From: Rhodothermales bacterium
GTDB lineage: Bacteria > Bacteroidota > Rhodothermia > Rhodothermales > UBA10348
Assembly (NCBI GenBank): GCA_040221055.1
Contig: JAVJVN010000009.1
Span: forward strand, 32,257 to 96,256
Reading direction: 5' to 3'
Length of the DNA: 64,000 bases
Shown: piece after piece, positions 25,777-34,535 of the stretch
How positions within the stretch are numbered: position 1 is the first letter of the stretch
How the letters are laid out: every line of letters begins with the position of its first letter
The notes under the pieces: model-generated
What the model saw: the letters and a program-made list of their open reading frames with translations, nothing else
The model's database searches: none
Told to the model about the DNA's origin: nothing
Position numbers and translations under genes: made by a program

Positions 25777-28602
25777 ATGCATATGGCGTTCCGGTCGGTC
25801 TTCTTGGGTCTGTTTTTCTTGCTGGCTCTCGCTCCATGGCGTGGTCTCGTTTCCGCACAGGATACGACCGCCAGTCATGCCATCGCTGTCAGGGGAGTCC
25901 CTCTGCAGGAAGCCCTCCAGATCGTGGTCGACGTGACCCGGGCCGACCTGGCATGGGATCCGCTGCTCGTAAGCGGTAAACGCAGTTTCTGCGTCATTGA
26001 GGATGCGCCCTTCGAGTCGTTGCTGGCCTGCGTACTGACCGGAACCGGTCTCGACTTCGTCCGGCGTTCCACGGGACTCTACGTCCTGGAAGTTGCCTCC
26101 CAAGGCCCTCCGGTCTACGGAAACCTGCGCGGGATAGTACTGGATGCCGACTCGGAACAGCCCATTCCGAACGCCCACATCTATCTGGCCGATGCCGGCC
26201 GGGGTGATGTCGCCAACCACGAAGGCATGTTCATTTTTCCGCGATTGCTCCCGGGAATTTACAGCATGCGCGTTTCCCACATGGGATACCGACATGAAAC
26301 CCTTGATGTATCAGTGACGGCAGGTGGCATATCCTCTACCGAAGTCATTCTGGAGTCGGAGTCCTACCTCATTGCCCCCATCATCATCGATGGCCTGGCT
26401 TCGACGCCGTCTTCATCCATGATGGGCTCGGCTGTTGCCAACCAGGAGAAGATTGCATCGGATTTGTCCGGCAGCTCAGCCTCCGTTCTGCAGACCCTTG
26501 CGGCCATGCCGGGTGTCCGTGTCAACGACGCAACGTCCGATATCCATATCCAGGGAGGCGAAGCGGGTGAGCATCAGTTCAGGTTGGATGGAGCAACGCT
26601 GTTCATTCCCATGAATGTGGCCACATTCGTTGGCCCGTTCAGTCCATTTGCCCTCGGCCGAATCACGGTACACAAGGCAGGTTTCGGTGCGGCGTTGGGC
26701 AGCCAGATATCCGGCATTATCGAGGCCGAGCACGATCTACGTGTGCCAAGCGCGCCGGATGGTGTACGGGGCGGAAGTCAATTCACCGCGCAGATCGACC
26801 CCCTGTCGACAAATGCCCGCTACTCGCACAGTTTCCGGACACGTGCTGGACGCCACGTGACGCTGCTGGGCGCTGGACGAGCGGGCATGTGGCAATTGGT
26901 GTCTCCCCCCTCCCTTGCCGGATTGCTGGATTCATGGAACGTTGTGGACACGTTCCTGCTATCGGCATTTGCCGAACGGAACACTCCGTTTGCCAATCTG
27001 CCACCCGAGGGAAATCCCACCTTGGCATTCGCCGATATCCATATGGCCGGTCGGATCCGGCTTTCTTCGCTCAGGACACTGGGCGCATCGCTGTACTGGG
27101 GACGGAGCAGCATAGGAAACGCCTTGTCAGACATCGACCTGACGCAGGACGATCCCCTGTCTCTTCCGGAGCAGGCCGCGCGATTCAAGGACCTGTATGC
27201 ATGGCAGAACGGGATGCTTCAAGCACGATACGACATTGTCCGCAGTGCACACGTTCTGTCGCATGCGCAGGTCCGGGGTAGCTTCTACCGACTGGATCAT
27301 GACTTCCGCTCACCCGCTGCCTCCGCTACGGCGACGGACAATGCGGATGATGGGAACTCGGTGTACGAACTGTCCGCCGTCGTTGGTGCGGACTATTTTT
27401 CGGATTCCGGACATCGACTTGAAACAGGAATCGAATGGGCCTTGACCGGCACGGATTTCATTGTGGCCGGCACCCAGAATCTACCGCTCCGGCACGCGTC
27501 GACTGGAATGCGCCTGGCCACGTTCATTACTGACATCGTCCAGATCGGCGAGAATGGCAGTCTTGAAGCCGGGACGCGGTTCACATGGTTGCATTCCCGA
27601 CGCTCCCTGTATGCCGAACCACGACTTTCTACACGATTCGACTTCACCGGGACCCCGATCGGAGGAGTCTCGTTTTTCGTTGGGGGCGGCTTGTACCGGC
27701 AGTTCGTGAACCAATTCGATGTTTCCAGTCGAAGCCCACGATCGTTCGTTTCCTCAACCCGGTTCTGGATGCAGAACGATGCATCGGTTACGCCGCCCAA
27801 GGCGGCCCACGTCGCCGCCGAAGTGCTGGTGCTGCCCAATGGCCTTTGGTCTCTTTCCGGAGAGATCTATTATAAACGGCATTACCACATCCTGGGGATT
27901 GATTACTCCGCAGACCCTGGCGTATCGGCCGACCTTCAGCAGTCCGGATTCCTGGCCGCATCGAAAGGGACGTCCCGAGGATTGGGATTCGGCGTAAAGC
28001 GACAGATCGGCCCTGGAAACGTCCATGCCGGAGTGGATTTGAGTCAGGCCGAGCGAACCATTGCGGGTCAATTCGGAAATGCCGCCGTAACCGTTCCCTG
28101 GAATGAACCGATCCGGCTTGAATTGGGTGCTGATCTGGTGCCCTTGCCCAACACGGTCGTTGCCATTCGCTGGAAAACGGTTTTGGACCGCGCATGGGGT
28201 TTCCGGAAATCCTATTACGACTTCCTGAGTGCCTATCTGAATGACCTGGATGCCATTGTGTCCGACATGCGGGCAAATGGTGTGTCAGAAGACGCCATCC
28301 GTCGTGTGGAACGGCAGATTGTCCACTATGACCTCACACGCCCGAACCACCATGTGCTTCCGGCGCTTCACCAGTTGGATATCAGTGCCGCGTACACATT
28401 CAAACAGCAGGACTGGGCACTCCAACTCCGGTTGGACGTGATGAACGTACTGGATCGCGAAAACGCAGCCGAATGGCAATTCCGATTGGACGAAGACCGC
28501 TACTTCAACGGCGGGGTGAATGGGTTGACCGGCCTGTTGGACCGATCAGATCGCCCGCTCCTTCCCCGGGTCGTCGCCATGGCTGCCAGGGTCACCTGGT
28601 AA
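25777..28602 (+). CDS. TonB-dependent receptor-like outer-membrane protein with N-terminal STN signalling domain and CarboxypepD_reg-like domain
   Basis: ORF track 25738..28602. ATG 25777 (or 25783) precedes the signal peptide MAFRSVFLGLFFLLALAPWRGLVSAQ. STN-like: VPLQEALQIVVDVTRADLAWDPLLV..GLDFVRRSTGLYVLE. CarboxypepD_reg-like: LRGIVLDADSEQPIPNAHIYL...GIYSMRVSHMGYRHETLDVSV. Plug-like: VLQTLAAMPGVRVND..IHIQGGEAGEHQFRLDGATLF. C-terminal aromatic residue ...AARVTW. Confidence 0.75.
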   Translation: MHMAFRSVFLGLFFLLALAPWRGLVSAQDTTASHAIAVRGVPLQEALQIVVDVTRADLAWDPLLVSGKRSFCVIEDAPFESLLACVLTGTGLDFVRRSTGLYVLEVASQGPPVYGNLRGIVLDADSEQPIPNAHIYLADAGRGDVANHEGMFIFPRLLPGIYSMRVSHMGYRHETLDVSVTAGGISSTEVILESESYLIAPIIIDGLASTPSSSMMGSAVANQEKIASDLSGSSASVLQTLAAMPGVRVNDATSDIHIQGGEAGEHQFRLDGATLFIPMNVATFVGPFSPFALGRITVHKAGFGAALGSQISGIIEAEHDLRVPSAPDGVRGGSQFTAQIDPLSTNARYSHSFRTRAGRHVTLLGAGRAGMWQLVSPPSLAGLLDSWNVVDTFLLSAFAERNTPFANLPPEGNPTLAFADIHMAGRIRLSSLRTLGASLYWGRSSIGNALSDIDLTQDDPLSLPEQAARFKDLYAWQNGMLQARYDIVRSAHVLSHAQVRGSFYRLDHDFRSPAASATATDNADDGNSVYELSAVVGADYFSDSGHRLETGIEWALTGTDFIVAGTQNLPLRHASTGMRLATFITDIVQIGENGSLEAGTRFTWLHSRRSLYAEPRLSTRFDFTGTPIGGVSFFVGGGLYRQFVNQFDVSSRSPRSFVSSTRFWMQNDASVTPPKAAHVAAEVLVLPNGLWSLSGEIYYKRHYHILGIDYSADPGVSADLQQSGFLAASKGTSRGLGFGVKRQIGPGNVHAGVDLSQAERTIAGQFGNAAVTVPWNEPIRLELGADLVPLPNTVVAIRWKTVLDRAWGFRKSYYDFLSAYLNDLDAIVSDMRANGVSEDAIRRVERQIVHYDLTRPNHHVLPALHQLDISAAYTFKQQDWALQLRLDVMNVLDRENAAEWQFRLDEDRYFNGGVNGLTGLLDRSDRPLLPRVVAMAARVTW

Positions 28603-29184
28603 GGACGTTCGGGACACTTCGAACGCGTGGAAGGACTTCTGGAAAATCAGGATACCGGCAACACCGACCACGATGGCCATGTCAGCTACGTTCCATATGG
28701 GGAACAGTGCCATGTAATTGCCGCCCAGGAATGGAACAGCCTCGGACACATAGCCCCTCCAGACATCCACGTGGATGAAGTCGACTACATGCCCCTGGAA
28801 AAGCGGCCTGTCGTACAGGAGTCTCCCGTAGAATACGCGATCAATGATGTTGCCGAGTGCACCACCGAGAACGAGACTCAGGCTGACGGCATAAGGCGTG
28901 TAATACCTGGCGACCGCCAGCAGGTAGTACACAATAAGGCCGGTCGCAACAATGGACAGGATCGTGATGGTTGCCGGAGGACCGAAGGAAAGTCCGAAGG
29001 CCATTCCGGGATTCTCGGTGAACGTGAACCGGAGCCACGAACCCAACAGAGGAATGGACTGTCCCCGTTCCATCGTGTTGAGCACGACCACCTTGGTGAT
29101 CTGGTCGATGACCAGAATCGAGAGTACGATGCCGAAAGGCAGGCCGAGCCGCCAATTGCGTGTGGTATGAACGGACGACTCCAA
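28546..29184 (-). CDS. lspA: Lipoprotein signal peptidase (signal peptidase II)
   Basis: 212 aa. The track start is TTG 29184. LVIDQITK, FTENPGMAFG, GGALGNIIDRV, VVDFIH, FPIWNVADMAIVVG. The 3' end overlaps the convergent receptor gene by 57 nt. Confidence 0.88.
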   Translation of the reverse strand: MESSVHTTRNWRLGLPFGIVLSILVIDQITKVVVLNTMERGQSIPLLGSWLRFTFTENPGMAFGLSFGPPATITILSIVATGLIVYYLLAVARYYTPYAVSLSLVLGGALGNIIDRVFYGRLLYDRPLFQGHVVDFIHVDVWRGYVSEAVPFLGGNYMALFPIWNVADMAIVVGVAGILIFQKSFHAFEVSRTSLPGDPGSHGDDPGKERAI

Positions 29185-29199
29185 GGGATGGCAGGACGG

Positions 29200-29592
29200 T
29201 TATTTCTGCTGCAATTTGGCTTCGATGGAGATCTCCGTGTGCGGCACCGCTTCCAGTCGTTCCCTGGAAATCGGCTTGCCGGTCACCTTGCAGATGCCAT
29301 AGGTGCGGTTTTCGATCCGCTCGAGGGCCCGGTCCAGGTAGCCGATGTACTTCTGTTGCCGGGCAATCATCAGATACAGCTTTTCGCGCTCCATGGCATC
29401 GGTGCCGGCGTCAGCCATATGAAAGCTGTAGGCCGTGTCATTCTCGGCCTGTTCACGGGCATCGGCCAATTGGCTACGCATGCGGTCCACGTCCTCATGG
29501 GCTGCGGTTCGCTTTTCCAGGATCAGATTGCGGAAAAAGTCCAACTCCTCGTCTGAAAACGGTGTCGTGGTGTTCTTCTTTTCTTTGGACAT
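29200..29592 (-). CDS. dksA: DksA/TraR family regulator with degenerate (1 of 4 Cys) zinc finger
   Basis: 130 aa. Coiled-coil region with acidic tip FHMADAGTDAMEREK. C-terminal YGICKVTGKPISRERLEAVPHTEISIEAK aligns to the CxxC-N17-CxxC finger, but only the first Cys is retained. Confidence 0.85.
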   Translation of the reverse strand: MSKEKKNTTTPFSDEELDFFRNLILEKRTAAHEDVDRMRSQLADAREQAENDTAYSFHMADAGTDAMEREKLYLMIARQQKYIGYLDRALERIENRTYGICKVTGKPISRERLEAVPHTEISIEAKLQQK

Positions 29593-29604
29593 CGTCTTGA
29601 TGGG

Positions 29605-32600
29605 TTACTGCAGCACACGGGTAATCCCGATCCGCATTTGTTCACGGTCAATTTCAAAATCGGCAACCGACTCCCCTGCCGGTACGGCGGCCTCTGTCAA
29701 CTCCAGAGCCAATGTCTCGTTCCGGATGGTCAGCCCATGTTCACGAATGGCCTGGGCCAGGATTCCGGACGCACTCCATGCCGCATGGATACGGTCTGTT
29801 ACCTCGAATCCGGCGCTCTTGCGCTGATTCTGGATTCTGTTCACGACTTCACGGGCCAGTCCTTCCTTGAGCAATTCGTCCGAAATGGAGACGTCGAGTG
29901 CCACCGTAACCCCGTTCTCCTGGCCGACCAGCCAACCCTCCACGCCTTCCGTTACGATTTCGACATCGTCCCGGTCGAGTCGGACGTCCTCGCCATCGAT
30001 ATCCAGCAACAGTGAACCCGTCTCGAGAAACGAGTCAAGATCGTTGTCGGTCAAGGCCCGGATGGCCACATTGACCTGCTTCATGAGCGGCCCGAGCCGC
30101 TTGCCCAGTCTTTTGAAGTCAGGTTTGGCAGATCGCGAAACGACGGGGCTGCTACCGTGGATGCAATCGACCAGCTTGACGTTGACCTCCGAGCGGATGA
30201 TGGTCGATACACTCTGTATGACGTCCTCCTCCACCCGGGGACCGGTAACGACCATGATCCGCGGAAGAGGCTGTCTGACGTTGATTCCTGCCCCGTTGCG
30301 GAGGGCCAGCACGACAGACGATACCGTGCGCGCCAGATACATCCGATGTTCCAGATGGGAATCGATGGCACCCGCATGTTCAGCCGCTGTCGGGTAGGAC
30401 GTCAGATGGACCGATTCCGCCCCGTGGATGTTGGCACCGTCATTGACCTGCCGGTACATCCATTCCGCGTAGAACGGGGAGATGGGGGCCATCATACGCG
30501 CAATACCCATCAAACATTCCACTACGGTCTGGTAGGCCGCTTCCTTGGAGCCGCTGTCGGCTGCATGGGCGGCGCGCGCCGACCAGAAACGGCGTCTGTT
30601 CAGACGGATGTACCAGTTGGACAGATCGTCCACGAGTTGCTCGACGGCGCGCGCCGCCCGTGTTGGATTGTAGTCCTCCAGCGCAGATGCACATTCTGCG
30701 GCCGTTGAACCCATCCGGGACAGAATCCACCGGTCCATTTCTTCCCGGTCTTCCACGGGAATGGGTGCACCGTACGTGAAGCCGTCAATATTCGCATAGG
30801 TGGCGAAGAAGGAATACACGTTCGTGAGTGTATTGAAAAACTTCCGCTGGGTATCCACGATTCCCCGTTCCGAAAACTTCAGGTTTTCCCAGGGAGGGGT
30901 ATTGCTCATCATGTACCAGCGGATGACATCAATGCCATGACGGTCAATCATTTCGAACGGATCGACCGCATTCCCTTTCGATTTTGACATCTTCTCGCCG
31001 TTCTCGTCGAGGACGAGACCGTTCACGACGACATTCCGGTATGCAACACTGTCCATGACGACCGCAGCGATGGCGTGCAACGTGTAGAACCAGCCTCGCG
31101 TCTGGTCCACCCCCTCAGCTATGAAATCCGCCGGGAAATTGCGTTCGAACCGGTCCTTGTTCTCAAAGGGGTAATGCCACTGGGCAAACGGCATGGCTCC
31201 GGAATCGAACCATACGTCGATGAGGTCTTCCACTCGCCGCATGGTCCCTCCGTCCGGTGCGGGCCACGTCAGGCCGTCGACGAATGGCCGATGCAGGTCG
31301 ATGTCTTCATCGCGCTCCGGCAAGGCGCTGCCGCACCGCTCACGCAATTCAGCAATGGATCCGATGACTTCGATATACGTCGATCCCGACGCATCGGACT
31401 GCCAGATGGGCAGCGGTGTGCCCCAGTAGCGACGCCGGGAAAGGGCCCAATCCACGTTGTTTTCGAGCCAGTCGCCGAATCGTCCGGTCCCGATTCCCTT
31501 CGGTTGCCAATTGATCTGATTGTTGAGGGCAATCAATCGGTCCTTGATGGCTGTCGTGCGCACGAACCAGGAGTCCACCGGATAGCTCATGAGTGGCGTG
31601 CCCTTGCGCCAGTCATGCGGATAATTATGCAGATACGTTTCCTGTCGGTACAGCAAGCCCCGCTCTTTCAGATCCCGATTGATCACCTTGTCCGCGTCTT
31701 TGAACCACATGCCGCCGACCAGGGGCACATTGGTGGAAAACGTGCCGTCAGGCTCCACCGCGTTGAATACCGGCAGATCCATGGCCTTGCCGGTCTCGTG
31801 GTCATCGGCACCGAAAGCCGGGGCGGTGTGGACCAGTCCCGTGCCATCTGCCGTGGACACATAGTCTGCGGGCACAATCCGCCATGCGCGGTCGGCTCCA
31901 TCCGCCTTCTTGAAATGATCGAACAGAGGCTCATAGGTGCGACCGACGAGGTCGCGTCCGGTCATCCGGCCCACGATTTCGTAGTCTTCCTTGATTACTG
32001 ACAGGAGGGCTTCGGCCAGGATGAGTTCGTGTGTACCTATATCATCCGTGGTCAGGCGGATCTGGACGTAATCGATGTCTGCGCCCACGGCAATGGCCAC
32101 GTTCGATACGGTGGTCCAGGGAGTGGTCGTCCAGGCCAGGTAGTAAACGTCATCCCGTTCGCTCGAACGGAAGCGCGTGTAGATGCTGGGATCCTGGACC
32201 TCCTTGTAGCCCAGGCTCACCTCATGGGACGAAAGGACGGTACCGGACCCCGGGCTGTACCACTGGATCTTGTACCCCTTGTACAGGAAGTCCTTTTCGT
32301 ACATCTGCTTCAACAGCCACCATACGCTTTCGATGTACGAGGACTTGAACGTGATGTACGGATCGGACAGGTCGACCCAGTAGCCCATGCGTGTCGTCAG
32401 CGTGTCCCAGAGGTCCTTGTATTTCAGGACGCTCTCCCGGCAGGCGGCGTTGTACTCGGCAATTCCGTACTCCTCCACCTGGTGCCTTCCTTCCAGTCCA
32501 AGTGCTTTTTCCACCTCGATTTCCACGGGGAGCCCGTGGGTATCCCATCCGGCCTTCCGTTCCACGCGATGTCCCTGCATGGTCTGGAAGCGACAGAACG

Positions 32601-32799
32601 TGTCCTTGATGGTACGCGCCATCACATGATGGATGCCGGGACGCCCGTTGGCCGTGGGAGGTCCTTCATAGAACGTGAACGTCCGGTCGGCCGGGTGTTG
32701 CTGGACACTCTTTTCGAAGATGTCATGCTCGTTCCACCACGCGAGGATGGATTCCTCCATGGCAGGAAGATGGAGATCTTTGACTTCAGTGAATTTCAT
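29605..32799 (-). CDS. ileS: Isoleucine--tRNA ligase (long, type-2 form)
   Basis: 1064 aa. PPTANGRPGIHHVMARTIKD (HIGH-type), CP1 editing domain WTTTPWTT, KMSKSKGN (KMSKS). Confidence 0.96.
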   Translation of the reverse strand: MKFTEVKDLHLPAMEESILAWWNEHDIFEKSVQQHPADRTFTFYEGPPTANGRPGIHHVMARTIKDTFCRFQTMQGHRVERKAGWDTHGLPVEIEVEKALGLEGRHQVEEYGIAEYNAACRESVLKYKDLWDTLTTRMGYWVDLSDPYITFKSSYIESVWWLLKQMYEKDFLYKGYKIQWYSPGSGTVLSSHEVSLGYKEVQDPSIYTRFRSSERDDVYYLAWTTTPWTTVSNVAIAVGADIDYVQIRLTTDDIGTHELILAEALLSVIKEDYEIVGRMTGRDLVGRTYEPLFDHFKKADGADRAWRIVPADYVSTADGTGLVHTAPAFGADDHETGKAMDLPVFNAVEPDGTFSTNVPLVGGMWFKDADKVINRDLKERGLLYRQETYLHNYPHDWRKGTPLMSYPVDSWFVRTTAIKDRLIALNNQINWQPKGIGTGRFGDWLENNVDWALSRRRYWGTPLPIWQSDASGSTYIEVIGSIAELRERCGSALPERDEDIDLHRPFVDGLTWPAPDGGTMRRVEDLIDVWFDSGAMPFAQWHYPFENKDRFERNFPADFIAEGVDQTRGWFYTLHAIAAVVMDSVAYRNVVVNGLVLDENGEKMSKSKGNAVDPFEMIDRHGIDVIRWYMMSNTPPWENLKFSERGIVDTQRKFFNTLTNVYSFFATYANIDGFTYGAPIPVEDREEMDRWILSRMGSTAAECASALEDYNPTRAARAVEQLVDDLSNWYIRLNRRRFWSARAAHAADSGSKEAAYQTVVECLMGIARMMAPISPFYAEWMYRQVNDGANIHGAESVHLTSYPTAAEHAGAIDSHLEHRMYLARTVSSVVLALRNGAGINVRQPLPRIMVVTGPRVEEDVIQSVSTIIRSEVNVKLVDCIHGSSPVVSRSAKPDFKRLGKRLGPLMKQVNVAIRALTDNDLDSFLETGSLLLDIDGEDVRLDRDDVEIVTEGVEGWLVGQENGVTVALDVSISDELLKEGLAREVVNRIQNQRKSAGFEVTDRIHAAWSASGILAQAIREHGLTIRNETLALELTEAAVPAGESVADFEIDREQMRIGITRVLQ

Positions 32800-32886
32800 G
32801 GAAATGCCTTGAACGAACAGAAAAGAGAAGATACGAACGGACGTAAGCCGGAGTCCGGCGTGCGGAACGGAGTTGACAGGGATCGG

Positions 32887-33732
32887 TCAGGATTCTCCGT
32901 GAATGAATGCGCGCACGAGTCGAGCCAGTGCCGGCTCGGCCGCTGCGGCCGCCGCCAGGATCTGGTCAATGGAAACCGGCTCCAGATGATCAGGGTCGCA
33001 AACATCCGTAACCACGCTCACTCCCGCGACTTCCATGCCCATGTGTACGGCGGCCAAGGTCTCAGGTACCGTGCTCATGCCGACAACGTCGGCACCGAGT
33101 TGTCGGAGCATCCGATATTCTGCCCGTGTCTCCAGATTCGGACCTTTGATGCCGACGTACACGCCCTCGTGGAGCGGTATTCCCTCCCGCGCGGCGGTCC
33201 GGGTCAATGCCTGTCGCAGACGGGCGGCGTACGGATCGGACATGTCCGGAAACCGGGGCCCCCAGTGATCATGGTTGGGACCTTCCAATGGGTTGACACC
33301 CATGAAGTTGATGTGGTCGGTGATCAGCATCAAGTCGCCCAGACCGAAGGACAGGTTCATCCCGCCCGCGGCGTTTGTTATGAACAGACGCTTGACGCCG
33401 GCGCGGGCCAAAACCCGTACAAGAAAAACAACCTGACGCGGGGAAGCCCCTTCATACAGGTGGATCCGTCCATCCAGGATCCACGCCGGATGTCCATCAA
33501 CCGAAACGGATGTCAGCTGCCCCTTGTGGGATGGTACACCGGGAATACTCGCTCCGGGAATATCGGCGTTGTTCAGGCGATGATGGACGTCGAATCGATC
33601 CACCATGCTTCCGAGTCCACTGCCCACAAGGACAGCCGTTGCGGGCGCATCCCCGAGAAGGGTCACTACGAGCTCTGCGGCCTTTTCCACAGCCTGCACA
33701 TAGGCCGGCATCGAATCAAACAGATCGCGCAT
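32887..33732 (-). CDS. Purine nucleoside phosphorylase (trimeric PNP/MTAP family)
   Basis: The ORF track extends to 33861 inside divIVA. I use ATG 33732 (MRDLFDSMPAY...). ATG 33711 (MPAYVQAVEK), 4 nt after the divIVA stop, is equally possible. VLVGSGLG, GRIHLYEG, FITNAAGGMN, MSTVPE. Confidence 0.88.
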   Translation of the reverse strand: MRDLFDSMPAYVQAVEKAAELVVTLLGDAPATAVLVGSGLGSMVDRFDVHHRLNNADIPGASIPGVPSHKGQLTSVSVDGHPAWILDGRIHLYEGASPRQVVFLVRVLARAGVKRLFITNAAGGMNLSFGLGDLMLITDHINFMGVNPLEGPNHDHWGPRFPDMSDPYAARLRQALTRTAAREGIPLHEGVYVGIKGPNLETRAEYRMLRQLGADVVGMSTVPETLAAVHMGMEVAGVSVVTDVCDPDHLEPVSIDQILAAAAAAEPALARLVRAFIHGES

Positions 33733-34507
33733 CGTCCTCGTCATCCATCGCGTCGAGGATCCGGCGGATTTTCCGGATTTCATCCCCGTCGTCTGCGTCT
33801 TCTTCGTGGGTTTCGGGCGTGAACACGTCGTTGATCTTCCAGGATGGCGTATCCTCGTCATCCTCTATGCCGACGCCATCGTGTACAGCTTCCGGCTGGG
33901 ATGCCTGTTCGATTCCAGGTTCCGGTTCACGCCTGGATTCTTGCTCGGGCTCGTCTTCTTGCTCCGGCTCTGCATGGCGCAGGGGTGCGGGCGCGGGCCG
34001 TGAATCCGGTTCGGGCTGGAATTCGACCCGGGAGCCTTCCAGCTCAAGGGGACGCCCCTCCTCTGCATCGTGATGGGCCAGCATTTCCATTTCCGACATC
34101 AGGAAGGCCCGCAGTTTGGCAACGACTTCCTTGTGTCGCATCTTGAACCGGGTGGTTTCCAGACGAATGGCATGCCGCTCCGATTCCGCCTCCCGGAGGA
34201 TGGCCTGCGCGCGCGACTCCGATTCCTTGAGCGTATCGGACGCTCGTTTTTCCGCATGCTCCAAGGTCTGGCGGGCGCTCGAGCGGGCTGTCTTCAGCGC
34301 CTCTTCCAGCGCCTCTTCGACCTTCATATAGTGATCCAGCTTCAGCTGCTGCTCACGGACCTTTTCCTCAGACCGGCGAAGTTCGTCTGTCAGTTCCTGC
34401 CACTGCGTAGAGATCAGATTCAGGAAGGCGTCGACCTCATCCAGGTCATAGCCACGCAATGAGCGCGAAAACTCCTGTTTCCGGATGTCCAGCGAAGAAA
34501 GTTTCAT
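33716..34507 (-). CDS. DivIVA domain protein with long acidic C-terminal tail
   Basis: The ORF track starts at 34609. The DivIVA N-terminus MKLSSLDIRKQEFSRSLRGYDLDEVDAFL begins at ATG 34507. A coiled-coil middle is followed by an E/D/P-rich tail (EPEQEDEPEQESRREPEPG...EDADDGDE...DDEDDARSV). Confidence 0.85.
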   Translation of the reverse strand: MKLSSLDIRKQEFSRSLRGYDLDEVDAFLNLISTQWQELTDELRRSEEKVREQQLKLDHYMKVEEALEEALKTARSSARQTLEHAEKRASDTLKESESRAQAILREAESERHAIRLETTRFKMRHKEVVAKLRAFLMSEMEMLAHHDAEEGRPLELEGSRVEFQPEPDSRPAPAPLRHAEPEQEDEPEQESRREPEPGIEQASQPEAVHDGVGIEDDEDTPSWKINDVFTPETHEEDADDGDEIRKIRRILDAMDDEDDARSV

Positions 34508-34535
34508 GTCGGGTCGGGTCGAGTCGGGTTCGGGT
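34508..34535 (-). repeat. Pentanucleotide microrepeat filling the whole yggS-divIVA spacer
   Basis: The minus strand between the yggS TGA and the divIVA ATG reads A-CCCGA-A-CCCGA-CTCGA-CCCGA-CCCGA-C, i.e. four CCCGA units plus one CTCGA variant in 28 nt. Confidence 0.6.

Noticed and set aside
28627-29556. 309-aa plus-strand ORF
   Set aside because: It is antisense to lspA and dksA, spans their intergenic gap, and has a low-complexity translation.
32800-32886. Possible T-box or attenuator leader upstream of ileS
   Set aside because: There is only a short GC palindrome (GCCGGAGTCCGGC, 32847-32859) and a pyrimidine-rich tract. No specifier-loop/T-box architecture is present, and T-boxes are not expected in this lineage.
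32029-33822. 597-aa plus-strand ORF, the longest shadow ORF in the window
   Set aside because: It is antisense to ileS and the PNP gene and crosses their 87-nt spacer. Its Arg/Gly/His/Pro-rich sequence has no motifs, while both sense genes are unambiguous.
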